A stretch of 64,000 nt of DNA from NCBI GenBank assembly GCA_003851245.1, contig BHEP01000002.1:7403-71402 (forward strand), written 5' to 3'. The translations under genes and the position numbers were made by a program. Source of the stretch: Bacteroidales bacterium. Lineage in GTDB: Bacteria; Bacteroidota; Bacteroidia; Bacteroidales; Azobacteroidaceae. Position 1 is the first letter of the stretch, and every line of letters begins with the position of its first letter. Under the pieces are notes generated by a model that searched no databases, had not been told where the DNA came from, and saw nothing but the letters and a program-made list of their open reading frames with translations. Positions 19,780-29,790 of the stretch are shown piece after piece.

Positions 19780-20334
19780 ATGAAACAAAAAATAATCTTA
19801 AGAATCCTTCCCCTTCTATTTTGCCTGTTTTCTCTTTCTTCCTGCCAAAAGGATGAGGATAAAAAAGAAGATTTATTGCCTGGTCTTTGGATTCAACAAT
19901 CAATAACAGAAGATGGGGAGAGTATGCTTCTTGCGGACGACGAAAAAGACCTCAGCCTTTTGATCGAAGCCAATGGTGTATATCGAACTTATGCCAAAAA
20001 TGGCTTGAAAGAAAAAAACCATTTTGGAGCTTGGAGCGTCACAAACGACGAGTGGCTCGAACTCTTGGGCGATACCTGGCGCTTGCATACCAACGCAATT
20101 GCACTTCCTGCTGCCAATCAGTGGGCTTTCAATCATGTGCCCAATCGTTTTACCATTCTTTCTGTCAATGCCAATGAATTGCAAATAAGGATAAAAACTT
20201 CGGTAGGTGAAAGAAGGTATTTTGCCTTTTTTGTCGAAAAACCCCGACCCGTAGTGACAACTCAAAATGTAGAACAATTGGTCGAGGATTTCCAGACCTT
20301 TAAGACTTATATTTTTACCTTTAAGAAAGGATAA
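19780..20334 (+). CDS. Small lipocalin-like lipoprotein (paralog of the previous gene)
   Basis: 184 aa with lipobox FSLSSC|QKDE. It shares LPGLWIQQ and VNANELQIRIK with the preceding gene's LVGTWEIQ / VDANELTLKR. Confidence 0.7.
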   Translation: MKQKIILRILPLLFCLFSLSSCQKDEDKKEDLLPGLWIQQSITEDGESMLLADDEKDLSLLIEANGVYRTYAKNGLKEKNHFGAWSVTNDEWLELLGDTWRLHTNAIALPAANQWAFNHVPNRFTILSVNANELQIRIKTSVGERRYFAFFVEKPRPVVTTQNVEQLVEDFQTFKTYIFTFKKG

Positions 20335-20348
20335 ACCTCTAAATAAAT

Positions 20349-23300
20349 ATGTATATGAAACAAAATATAGCACGCTTAATAATCTTTACTATCGCTTTTT
20401 CCTTGACTCCCCTCACACTAGCAGCTCAAGACGCCGAAACCGTCAGAGGTTTGCTTGTTGATGCCAATACTAAAGAAACATTGGTTGGCGTTAGTGTTAT
20501 GCTGCTTGGATCGCAACAAGGAACAGTTAGTGATTTTGATGGAGCTTTTGAAATAAGAGTGCCTTCTTTGAAGAGTGCCAAGCTAAAGTTTACCTACATT
20601 GGCTATTCGGCAATAGAAATCCCTCTCGAAGGACGCAATTATTTGAGGGTAGAATTGAAAGAGAATACCCAACTCATAGACGAAATTGTGGTGATAGGGT
20701 ATGGAAAACAAAAGAAAGAATCGGTTATTGGATCTATTTCTTCTATTGATAATAAGACCTTGGTTTCCTTGCCCGTTTCCAATATATCGCAAGCCTTGGC
20801 CGGAAAATTGCCTGGAGTGCAAGTCGTTCAGCCCTCAGGAGAGGTTGGAAAAGATGAGGCAAATATTTATATTAGGGGTATGGCAACTTATGGAGATGCA
20901 AAGCCCCTATACATCGTTGATGGAATCGTTAGGGAAAGTTTTTCCCAGATTGATCCAAACGAGATTCAGTCGTTCAATGTATTAAAAGATGCTTCTGCAA
21001 CAGCAGTTTATGGAGTAAAAGGGGCCAATGGCGTTATTATCATCACCACACGAAGGGGAGCTACTGGAAAACCACAAGTGGCATTTTCTGCACAAAGCGC
21101 AATCACTCAACCCACACGCATTCCAAATCCTTTGGGATCCTACCAGGCTGCGGCACTAAAAAACCTTCACAAAATGGGGGGACTTCAAAATGATGATTAT
21201 ACAGCACTCGATATTCTCAAATACCGAACAGGTGCTTCTCCTTATACGCACCCCGATGTACGCTGGGTAGACGAGGCAATAAAAGACAATTCGACGATGC
21301 AGCAATACAATGTAAACGTGTCGGGAGGTACTGAGTTTGTTAAATACTTTATCTCAGGAGGATATTTCACCCAAGATGGATTTTATAATCACGACGACAA
21401 TACGCGTTTTTCTCGTTACAACTTTCGATCCAACCTCGACTTTAATATATCCAAGCAATTCACTGCCGCATTCAACTTGGGCTCACGAATAGAAAAAAGA
21501 ACCTACCCTGGAAGAGCTTGGTATGGCAGTTGGGATATTTATCGTGGCGCTTTTGCTACTAGTGGACGCGACAAGCCTGTTTACAACCCCGACGGATCTT
21601 TGGGAGGCTCAGACTCTCAGCCCGACAACCTTATTGGACTACTTGATCAGAGCGGAATATACAAAAATACCACCTCGGTAGTAGAGATGAGTTTGAATAC
21701 CAAATATAAAATGGATTTCATTACCAAAGGGCTTGCTGCTCGTGGGCAAGTTGCCTTCGACAATAGTGGGTCAAATGGTGCTTTATGGCAACAAAGTTTT
21801 GCGGTCTATGACTACGATTTGTCGAAAGATTCTTACAAACGTATAGGAGAGGATTCGTATCTAAATTATTCTTGGGCAGACAATAGTTTCAATCAAAAAT
21901 TGTATCTGGAATTAGGCCTTGAATACGAAGCTAGCTTTGGCAAACATAGCGTAACGGGTCTTTTTCTTGCCAATAGAAACAACAGAATTATTAAAACTTA
22001 TGTCGCTTATGCCGATCAAGGATTGGTAGGACGTGCCACCTACGACTATGACAAACGCTATTTCCTCGAAATCAACGTGGGCTATAATGGATCCGAAAAT
22101 TTTGCCAAAGGCAATAGATATGGATTCTTTCCTGCATTTGCTGGAGGATGGATGATTTCCAATGAAAGCTTTATTAAGGATTCGCCCATAGCAGAAGTGC
22201 TCAGTATATTTAAAGTACGTGGATCTTTGGGATGGGTAGGAAACGACAGGGTAGGAGGCGATATTGCTAGCAACGACTACCAATCGAAGCGCTTTATTTA
22301 CATTCAGTCCTATGCCAATCAAGGAGGAGCTTCCTTTGGCTCGGGAGATTCGTGGAATGCAGGTATCCGCCAAGGAAGGATTGCCAATTTGAATGTTACT
22401 TGGGAAAGAGCTCGCAAGGCAAATATTGGCTTTGAAACAAGTTTCTGGAACGACCTAATTGGCCTTAATGTAGATGTTTTTCAAGAGCGACGTGTAGATA
22501 TTCTGACAGATATTGGCTCCATCACACCCAGTCATGTAGGGGCTAGTTTCATGGCTGCCAATGTGGGAGTTGTCGAAAACAAGGGCTTTGAAATAGACCT
22601 TAGCCACAGAAATAAAATTGGCAGAAACTTCAGCTATTCCTTGAAAGGCAACTTCTCTTTCGCGCGCAACAAGGTAATTCAAAAAGCCGACCCGCAAGGC
22701 ATGCTTCCCTATCAAAAAGAAGAGGGCTATTCAATTGGTGTGCCCAAGCATTACAAGCAAATAGGTATTTTTCAAGATTACAATGATATTTTTAATAGTC
22801 CCAATCAGATGACTATTGCTGGAAATATGGTCGTAGCTCCTGGCGATTTGAAATATTTGGATTTCAATGGCGATGGCTTTATCGATTCCAGAGATGCTTT
22901 CAGACAGGGCTATGGCGAAGTGCCAGAAATTCAATACGGAATCACCACTGGAGCGGCTTACAAAGGACTTGATTTCTCCATCTTATTTCAAGGTTCGGGG
23001 CGTGCCCAATTTCCCAAAAACTGGGAAAGTATGTGGCATTTTTCAAACAACGACAATGTTTTTCAAAAACATTGGAGCTACTGGTCGCCAGAAATTAGTG
23101 GACAAGAGGAGTATCTGCGCATATATGGAGCGTATCAAAACAATGAGCCTTCGCCTGATAGATCTTCCTACAGCGATGGAAGTGGTGACTATGTGCGCCT
23201 AAAAACATTGGAACTAGGATATACCCTACCCACAAAAATTACCTCCAAGCTAAATATGTCTGGTGTTAGGATCTATTTCTCGGGCAATAACCTTGCCTTG

Positions 23301-23402
23301 TGGGCAAAAGAACCATACCTCGATCCAGACAACAGAGACCAACGAGCTGGTGTGATGCCTCAAACAAGGGCATTTAACTTTGGACTAAATGTTAATTTTT
23401 AA
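20349..23402 (+). CDS. SusC-like TonB-dependent transporter (PUL-2, pair 1)
   Basis: 1017 aa with a signal peptide. It has the CarboxypepD_reg-like extension (VRGLLVDANTKETLVGVSVMLLGS...DGAFEI) and a plug (IVVIGYGKQKKESVIG...VLKDASATAVYGVKGANGVIIITTRRG). It ends in a terminal Phe. The start may be ATG 20355. Confidence 0.95.
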   Translation: MYMKQNIARLIIFTIAFSLTPLTLAAQDAETVRGLLVDANTKETLVGVSVMLLGSQQGTVSDFDGAFEIRVPSLKSAKLKFTYIGYSAIEIPLEGRNYLRVELKENTQLIDEIVVIGYGKQKKESVIGSISSIDNKTLVSLPVSNISQALAGKLPGVQVVQPSGEVGKDEANIYIRGMATYGDAKPLYIVDGIVRESFSQIDPNEIQSFNVLKDASATAVYGVKGANGVIIITTRRGATGKPQVAFSAQSAITQPTRIPNPLGSYQAAALKNLHKMGGLQNDDYTALDILKYRTGASPYTHPDVRWVDEAIKDNSTMQQYNVNVSGGTEFVKYFISGGYFTQDGFYNHDDNTRFSRYNFRSNLDFNISKQFTAAFNLGSRIEKRTYPGRAWYGSWDIYRGAFATSGRDKPVYNPDGSLGGSDSQPDNLIGLLDQSGIYKNTTSVVEMSLNTKYKMDFITKGLAARGQVAFDNSGSNGALWQQSFAVYDYDLSKDSYKRIGEDSYLNYSWADNSFNQKLYLELGLEYEASFGKHSVTGLFLANRNNRIIKTYVAYADQGLVGRATYDYDKRYFLEINVGYNGSENFAKGNRYGFFPAFAGGWMISNESFIKDSPIAEVLSIFKVRGSLGWVGNDRVGGDIASNDYQSKRFIYIQSYANQGGASFGSGDSWNAGIRQGRIANLNVTWERARKANIGFETSFWNDLIGLNVDVFQERRVDILTDIGSITPSHVGASFMAANVGVVENKGFEIDLSHRNKIGRNFSYSLKGNFSFARNKVIQKADPQGMLPYQKEEGYSIGVPKHYKQIGIFQDYNDIFNSPNQMTIAGNMVVAPGDLKYLDFNGDGFIDSRDAFRQGYGEVPEIQYGITTGAAYKGLDFSILFQGSGRAQFPKNWESMWHFSNNDNVFQKHWSYWSPEISGQEEYLRIYGAYQNNEPSPDRSSYSDGSGDYVRLKTLELGYTLPTKITSKLNMSGVRIYFSGNNLALWAKEPYLDPDNRDQRAGVMPQTRAFNFGLNVNF

Positions 23403-23443
23403 TCTCACACGCAAATGTCAACACCTAATAAAAATTATGACGT

Positions 23444-25177
23444 ATGAAACGGATATATCAAAAAACGCATCAAAAAACGCATCAAAAAATAACTAAACAA
23501 TTGCACAAAAAAATAACTAAACAATTGGCCCTTTGTCTGCTATCTCTCTCCTTGTCGCTCACTGCCTGCGATGATTTTTTAGATAAGGCACCAAGTTCAA
23601 ACCTTGATGAGAAGACCGTATTTGGCGTATTTGCGAATGCTCAAGGCTATCACAATGATATTTACGCCCACCTCCAACAGCGATTCAATGCTGTGGGGAA
23701 TTTTCAACCCGTGCCTATGGCTTCGGCGTCTGATGAGGCCGATGCGCAACAAGGATATCATGGCACGCAAAGTCTAAATGTAGGCAACTATGAGGGAACC
23801 GACGACAATTTGTACAACTACTACGAAGGTATCAGAAAGGCGAATACCTTCATCACCAAGGAAGCCATTGTTCCTTTCCCTTCCGATGTAAAGAAAAACC
23901 AAATGATGGGAGAGGTGTATTTTCTTAGGGCTTTCTATTTCAATGAGGTAGTAAAACGTTTTGGAGGAATGCCCATTATGACTGAAAACAACATACTTTT
24001 TCCAAACGACAACTTAAACTTAAGCCGCAACTCGTATAAAGAATGTGTCGATTTTATGCTGCAAGATTTGGAAAAAGCCATTGCTATACTGCCCACAACA
24101 CTCAGCGAAAACGAATACGGCAGAGCTACAAAAGGTGCTGCCATGGCTCTAAAAGCTAGAGTGCTACTTTTTGCTGCGAGTCCGCAATGGCAAAAAGAAA
24201 TGAGCGAAAACTTATGGGCAAAAGCTGCCGATGCTTCCAAGGCTCTCATTGAGCTCACTGACAATGGGAGCAAGGTTTACGAACTTTATTCTACGGGAAA
24301 GGGTGCCGACGATTATGAAAGACTCTTCTTTCTACGCCGTGAAGCAGGAAATAAAGAGATCATTTTCTACAAGCACGAAAATCCTGTCGGCTTTACCGAC
24401 AATCAAATAAGCGTATGGGCTCCTAAGGGAGGAAACCTTGGCGGTGCTGGTGCTGTATGTCCTACACAAAATTTCGTTGACCTTTTTGAAATGAGCAATG
24501 GCAAAATGATTCACCAAGAGGGTTCGGGATACGATGAGCAGAATCCTTATGCCAATAGAGACCCCCGTTTTTATAAAACCGTTTTGCACAATGAAATGCT
24601 CTGGCAAGACGAAACAATGGAGCTTTTCTTCAACGATTCTGAAGAGGCAAGCGGAGCCCACCGAAAGAATAAAAAAGACTATACACGCACGGGCTACTAT
24701 GTGAGGAAGTTTTTGCCCGAAGGAGTGAGAAATCTTACGCCCAACAAAGAAAGTCACAACTGGATTTATTTTCGTTTGGCGGAGATGTACCTCAACTATG
24801 CCGAGGCAAGCAACGAAATGGATGGGCCTACAACTTCCGTTTACGAAGCCATCAATTTGGTGCGCAATCGTTCGGGGCATATAGAACTGCCCTCAGGACT
24901 CAGCCAAGAAGAAATGAGAAAACTCATTTTTAATGAACGCGCCGTAGAGCTTTCTTTCGAAGAGCACCGATGGTGGGATGCTCGACGCTGGGGAAAGGCT
25001 GTCGAATGGTTTGGTGGACCAATGTATGAAATGGAAATCAGAAAACAAGGAAATGGCTTTTCGTATACGCCAAAACTTTTTTACAACAGAGTATACCGCT
25101 CATACATGGATTTATATCCTATTTCAAGAAGTGAACTGAATAAAAATATCTTGTATAAACAAAACCCAGGATGGTAA
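23444..25177 (+). CDS. SusD/RagB-family lipoprotein (PUL-2, pair 1)
   Basis: 577 aa with lipobox SLSLTAC|DDFLDKAP. SusD motifs are YFLRAFYFNEVVKRFGGMP, FRLAEMYLNYAEA and ERAVELSFEEHRWWDARRW. It ends in a C-terminal NPGW. The N-region of the signal peptide is unusually long and repeat-containing. Confidence 0.93.
   Translation: MKRIYQKTHQKTHQKITKQLHKKITKQLALCLLSLSLSLTACDDFLDKAPSSNLDEKTVFGVFANAQGYHNDIYAHLQQRFNAVGNFQPVPMASASDEADAQQGYHGTQSLNVGNYEGTDDNLYNYYEGIRKANTFITKEAIVPFPSDVKKNQMMGEVYFLRAFYFNEVVKRFGGMPIMTENNILFPNDNLNLSRNSYKECVDFMLQDLEKAIAILPTTLSENEYGRATKGAAMALKARVLLFAASPQWQKEMSENLWAKAADASKALIELTDNGSKVYELYSTGKGADDYERLFFLRREAGNKEIIFYKHENPVGFTDNQISVWAPKGGNLGGAGAVCPTQNFVDLFEMSNGKMIHQEGSGYDEQNPYANRDPRFYKTVLHNEMLWQDETMELFFNDSEEASGAHRKNKKDYTRTGYYVRKFLPEGVRNLTPNKESHNWIYFRLAEMYLNYAEASNEMDGPTTSVYEAINLVRNRSGHIELPSGLSQEEMRKLIFNERAVELSFEEHRWWDARRWGKAVEWFGGPMYEMEIRKQGNGFSYTPKLFYNRVYRSYMDLYPISRSELNKNILYKQNPGW
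23459..23530 (+). repeat. In-frame tandem repeats (12 nt x2, then 24 nt x2) inside the susD signal-peptide n-region
   Basis: CAAAAAACGCAT occurs twice (23459-23482). CAAAAAATAACTAAACAATTGCAC and AAAAAAATAACTAAACAATTGGCC follow (23483-23530). Together they encode QKTH-QKTH-QKITKQLH-KKITKQLA. Confidence 0.85.
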
Positions 25178-25248
25178 GAGGGAATTATATATCGTAGCCC
25201 CCTTTTTTAGAAATAATGAAATGATATAAATTATAAAACGAATATCAA

Positions 25249-28077
25249 ATGTTGAAATATATAAATAGTATAAAATTTTATTCCTTGCTTGTCTTACTAG
25301 CTATGAATTGTCACCTGAGGGCGCAAGAAGATATTAAAAGCGATATAGATGCTGATGAAAAAATAAAGCCATTGGAAGAAAAAATATACCAGGTGGCTTA
25401 TGGCACGCGAACAAAGACCATGCTTACTGGCGCAATTTCTGTCGTATCGGGCGACGAGCTTGCAAAGAGCCCTGTAACTAACCTCAGCGATGCTATTGCT
25501 GGCCGGGTCAATGGACTCACTTCCCTAAAATACACGGGCAATGAGCCAGGATGGACCAATTCCTCTTTTTATATACGAGGTTTGGGATCCTTCGGAAACG
25601 GATTGTCGCCGCTCGTCATTGTAGACAATATAGAAAGAAGCTTTCTCAGATTAGACCCCGAGGAAATAGAGTCGTTTGTAGTACTTAAAGATGCTGCGGC
25701 AACTGCCAATTTTGGAATGAGAGCCGCCAATGGAGCCATTAGCATCACTACCAAAAGAGGATTTGTAGGGAAACCCGAAATTAGCTTCAAAACGCAATTC
25801 GGATTGCAAGAACCTACCCGCTTGCCCAAGTATTTAGGATCTGCCGAATACGTAAGGTATAGAAATATTGCCCTCCAAAACGATGGACTGCCTATCCCTT
25901 CCGATCCACGCTACAATCCCGACATGTACAATGGAACACAAGACCCATACATTTATGCCAATACCGATTGGTATGGCGAGATGCTAAAAAATAATGCACC
26001 CCAGCAGATGCAAAGATTGAGTGTCAGGGGAGGAACCGATGCTGTTAAATATTATGTGTTGTTGGGCTATACCAACCAAAAAGGCCTGTACAACCACACC
26101 CAAGAGAACTCGGCATACAATACCAATCTCGATTTTTCTCGCTACAACATACGTTCCAATATCGATGTAGCTCTTTCGCAATACCTCTCCGTAGGTTTGG
26201 ATTTGGCAGGACGTATGGAGACAAAGAGAGCTCCAGGATCCTCTGCATCGAGTATTTTTAACTCTTTGTCGAAATACGCACCAACACTTCCCATCAAAAA
26301 TGAAGACGCTTCTGTTGCAGGAAGTTCTATTTACAGAGACAATCCCTACGGCTTGATTGCAAAGAGTGGGTTCAGCGATTATTACGACCGCTATTTGCAA
26401 GGAAATATTACAGCCAATCAAGAACTCGATTTTTGGATTAAAGGACTATCAGCCAATGCTATATTTGGTTTCGACTCCTACAAAACTTATGCCAGAGGCA
26501 AGACCCAACAATTTGCTGTTTACCAACGCAATTTAGATAATACGTATGCCAAATTTGGCGAAAACTCAGAACTCGATCTAGGTTTTCAGCAGTGGGATGA
26601 CAGCTACAGCCTAATGTCTACTTTTATTGGAGGGCTTGCCTATGCCAATGAGTTTGATGTGCTGCACACGCTTGGAGCAGATATTAAATTTATGCGCTCC
26701 AACACATCCGTTCCCTTGAACAATCCAGATTATAGGAACCAGAATCTTTTTGGACGTTTCAGCTATGGTTTTGATAAACGCTACATCGCCGAATTTTCTT
26801 ATTCCTACAGTGGTTCAGAAAACTTTATTGGCAGCAATAGATTTGCGTTCTATCCTGTTGTCTCTGGCGCTTGGATTATATCCAATGAGAACTTTCTTAA
26901 AAACAATACAAGCATCAACTTCCTCAAGTTACGAGGTTCCTATGGACTTGTCGGAAATTCCGATTTGGGTCTGGGGCGTTTCCCCTACCAACAAAACTAC
27001 AATAGAGGAGATGGATATACCTTTGGTAGTGGATTTACCAATGTTGATGGTTCTAATGAAGGCAGAATATACAACCCCAATATTTCGGCCGAAAAGTCGC
27101 TGAATGCAAATCTGGGTATTGATATGGAATTTTTTAATGGAAAATTTGATATTAGTTTTGATATGTTCCGCCACGATAGAAGCGATATTATCACCACAAG
27201 AGATAATACCCTATCGGAAATTATTGGGCAAGCTCTTCCTTACGAGAATCTTGGCTCGGTGCTCAACAAAGGCTTAGAGCTTTCGCTTACGCACAAAAAT
27301 ACGGTCGGCGACTTCTCTTATTTTGCACAAGCCAATATCTCGTATGCCAAAAATAAGATTACCTATATGGAAGAACTTAAAGGCTTGGATCCTTGGTTGT
27401 ATAGAACAGCTTATTCTACCACCCAGCAAAGAGGCTTGCAATCTGAGGGTTTCTTTGCATCGCAAGAAGAGATCGATCTGTGGCCAACATCCACTTATGG
27501 AGCTGTAAAGCCAGGAGATATCAAGTATAAGGATCAGAATTTGGATGGTATTATCAATGATGATGATGTTGTTCCCTTGGGTAAACCCTTCGTTCCAGAA
27601 TGGAATATCGGACTCAATCTAGGCATTGCATACAAGAATTTTGATCTCAATATACTCTTCACAGGAGTTGCCAATCGCAGCATATTTGTCTTAAATAGTG
27701 TATTTCTAGGTATCCAAGGCGACCAAAATGCCACAGCCACTGTTTATGATGCTTGGCAAAAAGGCGTAAACGAATCTACGGCACTTTATCCACGCCTATC
27801 GACCGAAACAAACAGCCACAATATGCGTATGAGTGATGTCTGGATGCACAATGGTGAATACATTCGCTTGCAAAATGCAGAAATAGGGTATAATCTGCCT
27901 AAAACCCTACTTGCTAAGTGTAATATCAAGGACTTGCGTGTGTTTGTAAATGGATATAACCTCCTTTCGTTTGATCACCTCAAGAAGTTCAATATAAGTG
28001 CTGAATATCCAAATGCGGGGGTGAGTACCTACCCCGAGATGCGTGTTTTTAATATAGGTGCAAGCCTCAAATTTTGA
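25249..28077 (+). CDS. SusC-like TonB-dependent transporter lacking the N-terminal CarboxypepD_reg-like extension (PUL-2, pair 2)
   Basis: 942 aa. The signal peptide is followed almost directly by the TonB-box/plug (IYQVAYGTRTKTMLTGAISVVSGDEL...VLKDAAATANFGMRAANGAISITTKRG). It ends in a terminal Phe. It is about 60-75 aa shorter than the other SusC genes in the window. Confidence 0.9.
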   Translation: MLKYINSIKFYSLLVLLAMNCHLRAQEDIKSDIDADEKIKPLEEKIYQVAYGTRTKTMLTGAISVVSGDELAKSPVTNLSDAIAGRVNGLTSLKYTGNEPGWTNSSFYIRGLGSFGNGLSPLVIVDNIERSFLRLDPEEIESFVVLKDAAATANFGMRAANGAISITTKRGFVGKPEISFKTQFGLQEPTRLPKYLGSAEYVRYRNIALQNDGLPIPSDPRYNPDMYNGTQDPYIYANTDWYGEMLKNNAPQQMQRLSVRGGTDAVKYYVLLGYTNQKGLYNHTQENSAYNTNLDFSRYNIRSNIDVALSQYLSVGLDLAGRMETKRAPGSSASSIFNSLSKYAPTLPIKNEDASVAGSSIYRDNPYGLIAKSGFSDYYDRYLQGNITANQELDFWIKGLSANAIFGFDSYKTYARGKTQQFAVYQRNLDNTYAKFGENSELDLGFQQWDDSYSLMSTFIGGLAYANEFDVLHTLGADIKFMRSNTSVPLNNPDYRNQNLFGRFSYGFDKRYIAEFSYSYSGSENFIGSNRFAFYPVVSGAWIISNENFLKNNTSINFLKLRGSYGLVGNSDLGLGRFPYQQNYNRGDGYTFGSGFTNVDGSNEGRIYNPNISAEKSLNANLGIDMEFFNGKFDISFDMFRHDRSDIITTRDNTLSEIIGQALPYENLGSVLNKGLELSLTHKNTVGDFSYFAQANISYAKNKITYMEELKGLDPWLYRTAYSTTQQRGLQSEGFFASQEEIDLWPTSTYGAVKPGDIKYKDQNLDGIINDDDVVPLGKPFVPEWNIGLNLGIAYKNFDLNILFTGVANRSIFVLNSVFLGIQGDQNATATVYDAWQKGVNESTALYPRLSTETNSHNMRMSDVWMHNGEYIRLQNAEIGYNLPKTLLAKCNIKDLRVFVNGYNLLSFDHLKKFNISAEYPNAGVSTYPEMRVFNIGASLKF

Positions 28078-28094
28078 ATAATATATAAATACAA

Positions 28095-29771
28095 ATGAAA
28101 AAAACAAAATACATAAGCTTATACATAAGCCTATTTATGGGCCTACTGATTTTGACAGGAGCTTGCTCCGACTATCTCGACAAAGATCCTAAAACAGATA
28201 CAAGCCTCAATTATGAACAAATATTCAAAGACCCACATTTGGCACCAGGATTTTTGAACAATGCCTACAACCAATTGCCAGATGGATTCCTACGCTTTAA
28301 TGAAAATGCTCTTTTGGCTGGAGCCTGCGACGAAGCCAAGCATTCTTTGGCAGGATCGAGAGTTCAACTATTCAATTCCAATGCAATTAGTCCCTCAGAC
28401 AATCCCGACAATGCTTGGCAATCTATGTACACAGGCATACGCAAATGCAATATCTTTCTCAAAGAGCTAGATGGACTTATTGCCAAATACAACAGCATAC
28501 CCGAAGCCAGCCGCAGCAATTTCAGGGGGCAAGCCTTGTTTTTGAGGGCTTTCTTCCATTTTGAATTGCTCAAACGATACCAAAACATCATTTGCGTAGA
28601 CAAGGTGCTGGATGCTTTCGACGAGGAGGAGGCTTACTCAATCAAACAATCGACCTTCAAAGAAGCCTTGGCTTTCATTGTTGCCGATTGCGATTCCGCC
28701 GAAATTCTACTGCCTGCGAAAGTCGATGCCGATGGATCACAAAATGGTAGACCTTCCAAGGTGGCTCCGATGGCTCTCAAAGCAAGGATGCTTTTGTATG
28801 CTGCCAGTCCGCTCAACAATCCCTCAAACGATGTAGAACAATGGAAAAAAGCAGAAACTGCTGCAAAAGAAATATATGATAGGCGTTCGGCCTTGGGCAT
28901 ATCGCTCAATTCTAGTTATGCAGGCACATTTACCAGCCCCTACAATGCCGAGATTATTTTTGCTACCCAAGCCAACAACCGCAATGATGTGGAGTTCTAC
29001 AATTTCCCTATCAGCTACCAGGGGGCAGGATTCACCAATCCATCGCAAAACTTGGTAGATGCCTATGTTATGAATGGCACAGAGCAAGCAGAACCAATGA
29101 AAGATTTTGATCCCGAAAATCCTTATAGCAAAAGGGAGGAGCGTTTCTATGCAACAATTTTACACAACGATGCCAACTTCAAAGGCAGCAAAGTAGAAAG
29201 CTTTGTAGGTGGAAAGGATGGCTTGTATTCTACTTCTACTGCCACCAAAACGGGCTATTATATGAACAAATTTATCTCATCATCGCTCTCCTTGGAGAAA
29301 AATGAAAGGGCTCGCAAGCCCTGGATATTGTATCGCTATGCAGAGGTGCTTTTGAACTATGCCGAAGCACGCAATGAGGTGCTTGATGCTCCCGACAAAA
29401 TAGTCCACGACATATTAAACCTGATTCGCAGTAGGGCCAAACTACGACCCTTTAGAAATGCTACCGTCTACATCAAGACTAAAGAAGAAATGCGCGATTA
29501 TATAAAAAAAGAACGCCAAGTGGAACTCGCTCTGGAAGAACATCGCTTTTGGGATTTAAGACGCTGGAAGGATGCGGAAATAGCCTTAAACAAAGCGCTC
29601 ATAGGCATGAGAGTAGAAAAACAGGAGGCTAAGCTATCTTTTCAATCTTTTGAAGTAGAGAAGCGCATGTTCGACCCCAAGCTCTATTGGTATCCCATAC
29701 CACGATCCGAAATGCTCAAATACAGAAGCAAAGGAATCGAACTTACGCAAAACCCTGGATGGAATAATTAA
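28095..29771 (+). CDS. SusD/RagB-family lipoprotein (PUL-2, pair 2)
   Basis: 558 aa with lipobox LILTGAC|SDYLDKDP. SusD motifs are LFLRAFFHFELLKRY, YRYAEVLLNYAEA and ERQVELALEEHRFWDLRRW. It ends in a C-terminal NPGWNN. Confidence 0.93.
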   Translation: MKKTKYISLYISLFMGLLILTGACSDYLDKDPKTDTSLNYEQIFKDPHLAPGFLNNAYNQLPDGFLRFNENALLAGACDEAKHSLAGSRVQLFNSNAISPSDNPDNAWQSMYTGIRKCNIFLKELDGLIAKYNSIPEASRSNFRGQALFLRAFFHFELLKRYQNIICVDKVLDAFDEEEAYSIKQSTFKEALAFIVADCDSAEILLPAKVDADGSQNGRPSKVAPMALKARMLLYAASPLNNPSNDVEQWKKAETAAKEIYDRRSALGISLNSSYAGTFTSPYNAEIIFATQANNRNDVEFYNFPISYQGAGFTNPSQNLVDAYVMNGTEQAEPMKDFDPENPYSKREERFYATILHNDANFKGSKVESFVGGKDGLYSTSTATKTGYYMNKFISSSLSLEKNERARKPWILYRYAEVLLNYAEARNEVLDAPDKIVHDILNLIRSRAKLRPFRNATVYIKTKEEMRDYIKKERQVELALEEHRFWDLRRWKDAEIALNKALIGMRVEKQEAKLSFQSFEVEKRMFDPKLYWYPIPRSEMLKYRSKGIELTQNPGWNN

Positions 29772-29790
29772 ATTTTAAAAAATAACAACA

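Noticed and set aside
23459-23530. Short tandem repeats considered as a possible CRISPR or minisatellite array.
   Set aside because: The units are 12 and 24 nt with no spacers, and they lie in frame inside a susD coding start. No cas genes are present. They are reported as coding repeats instead.
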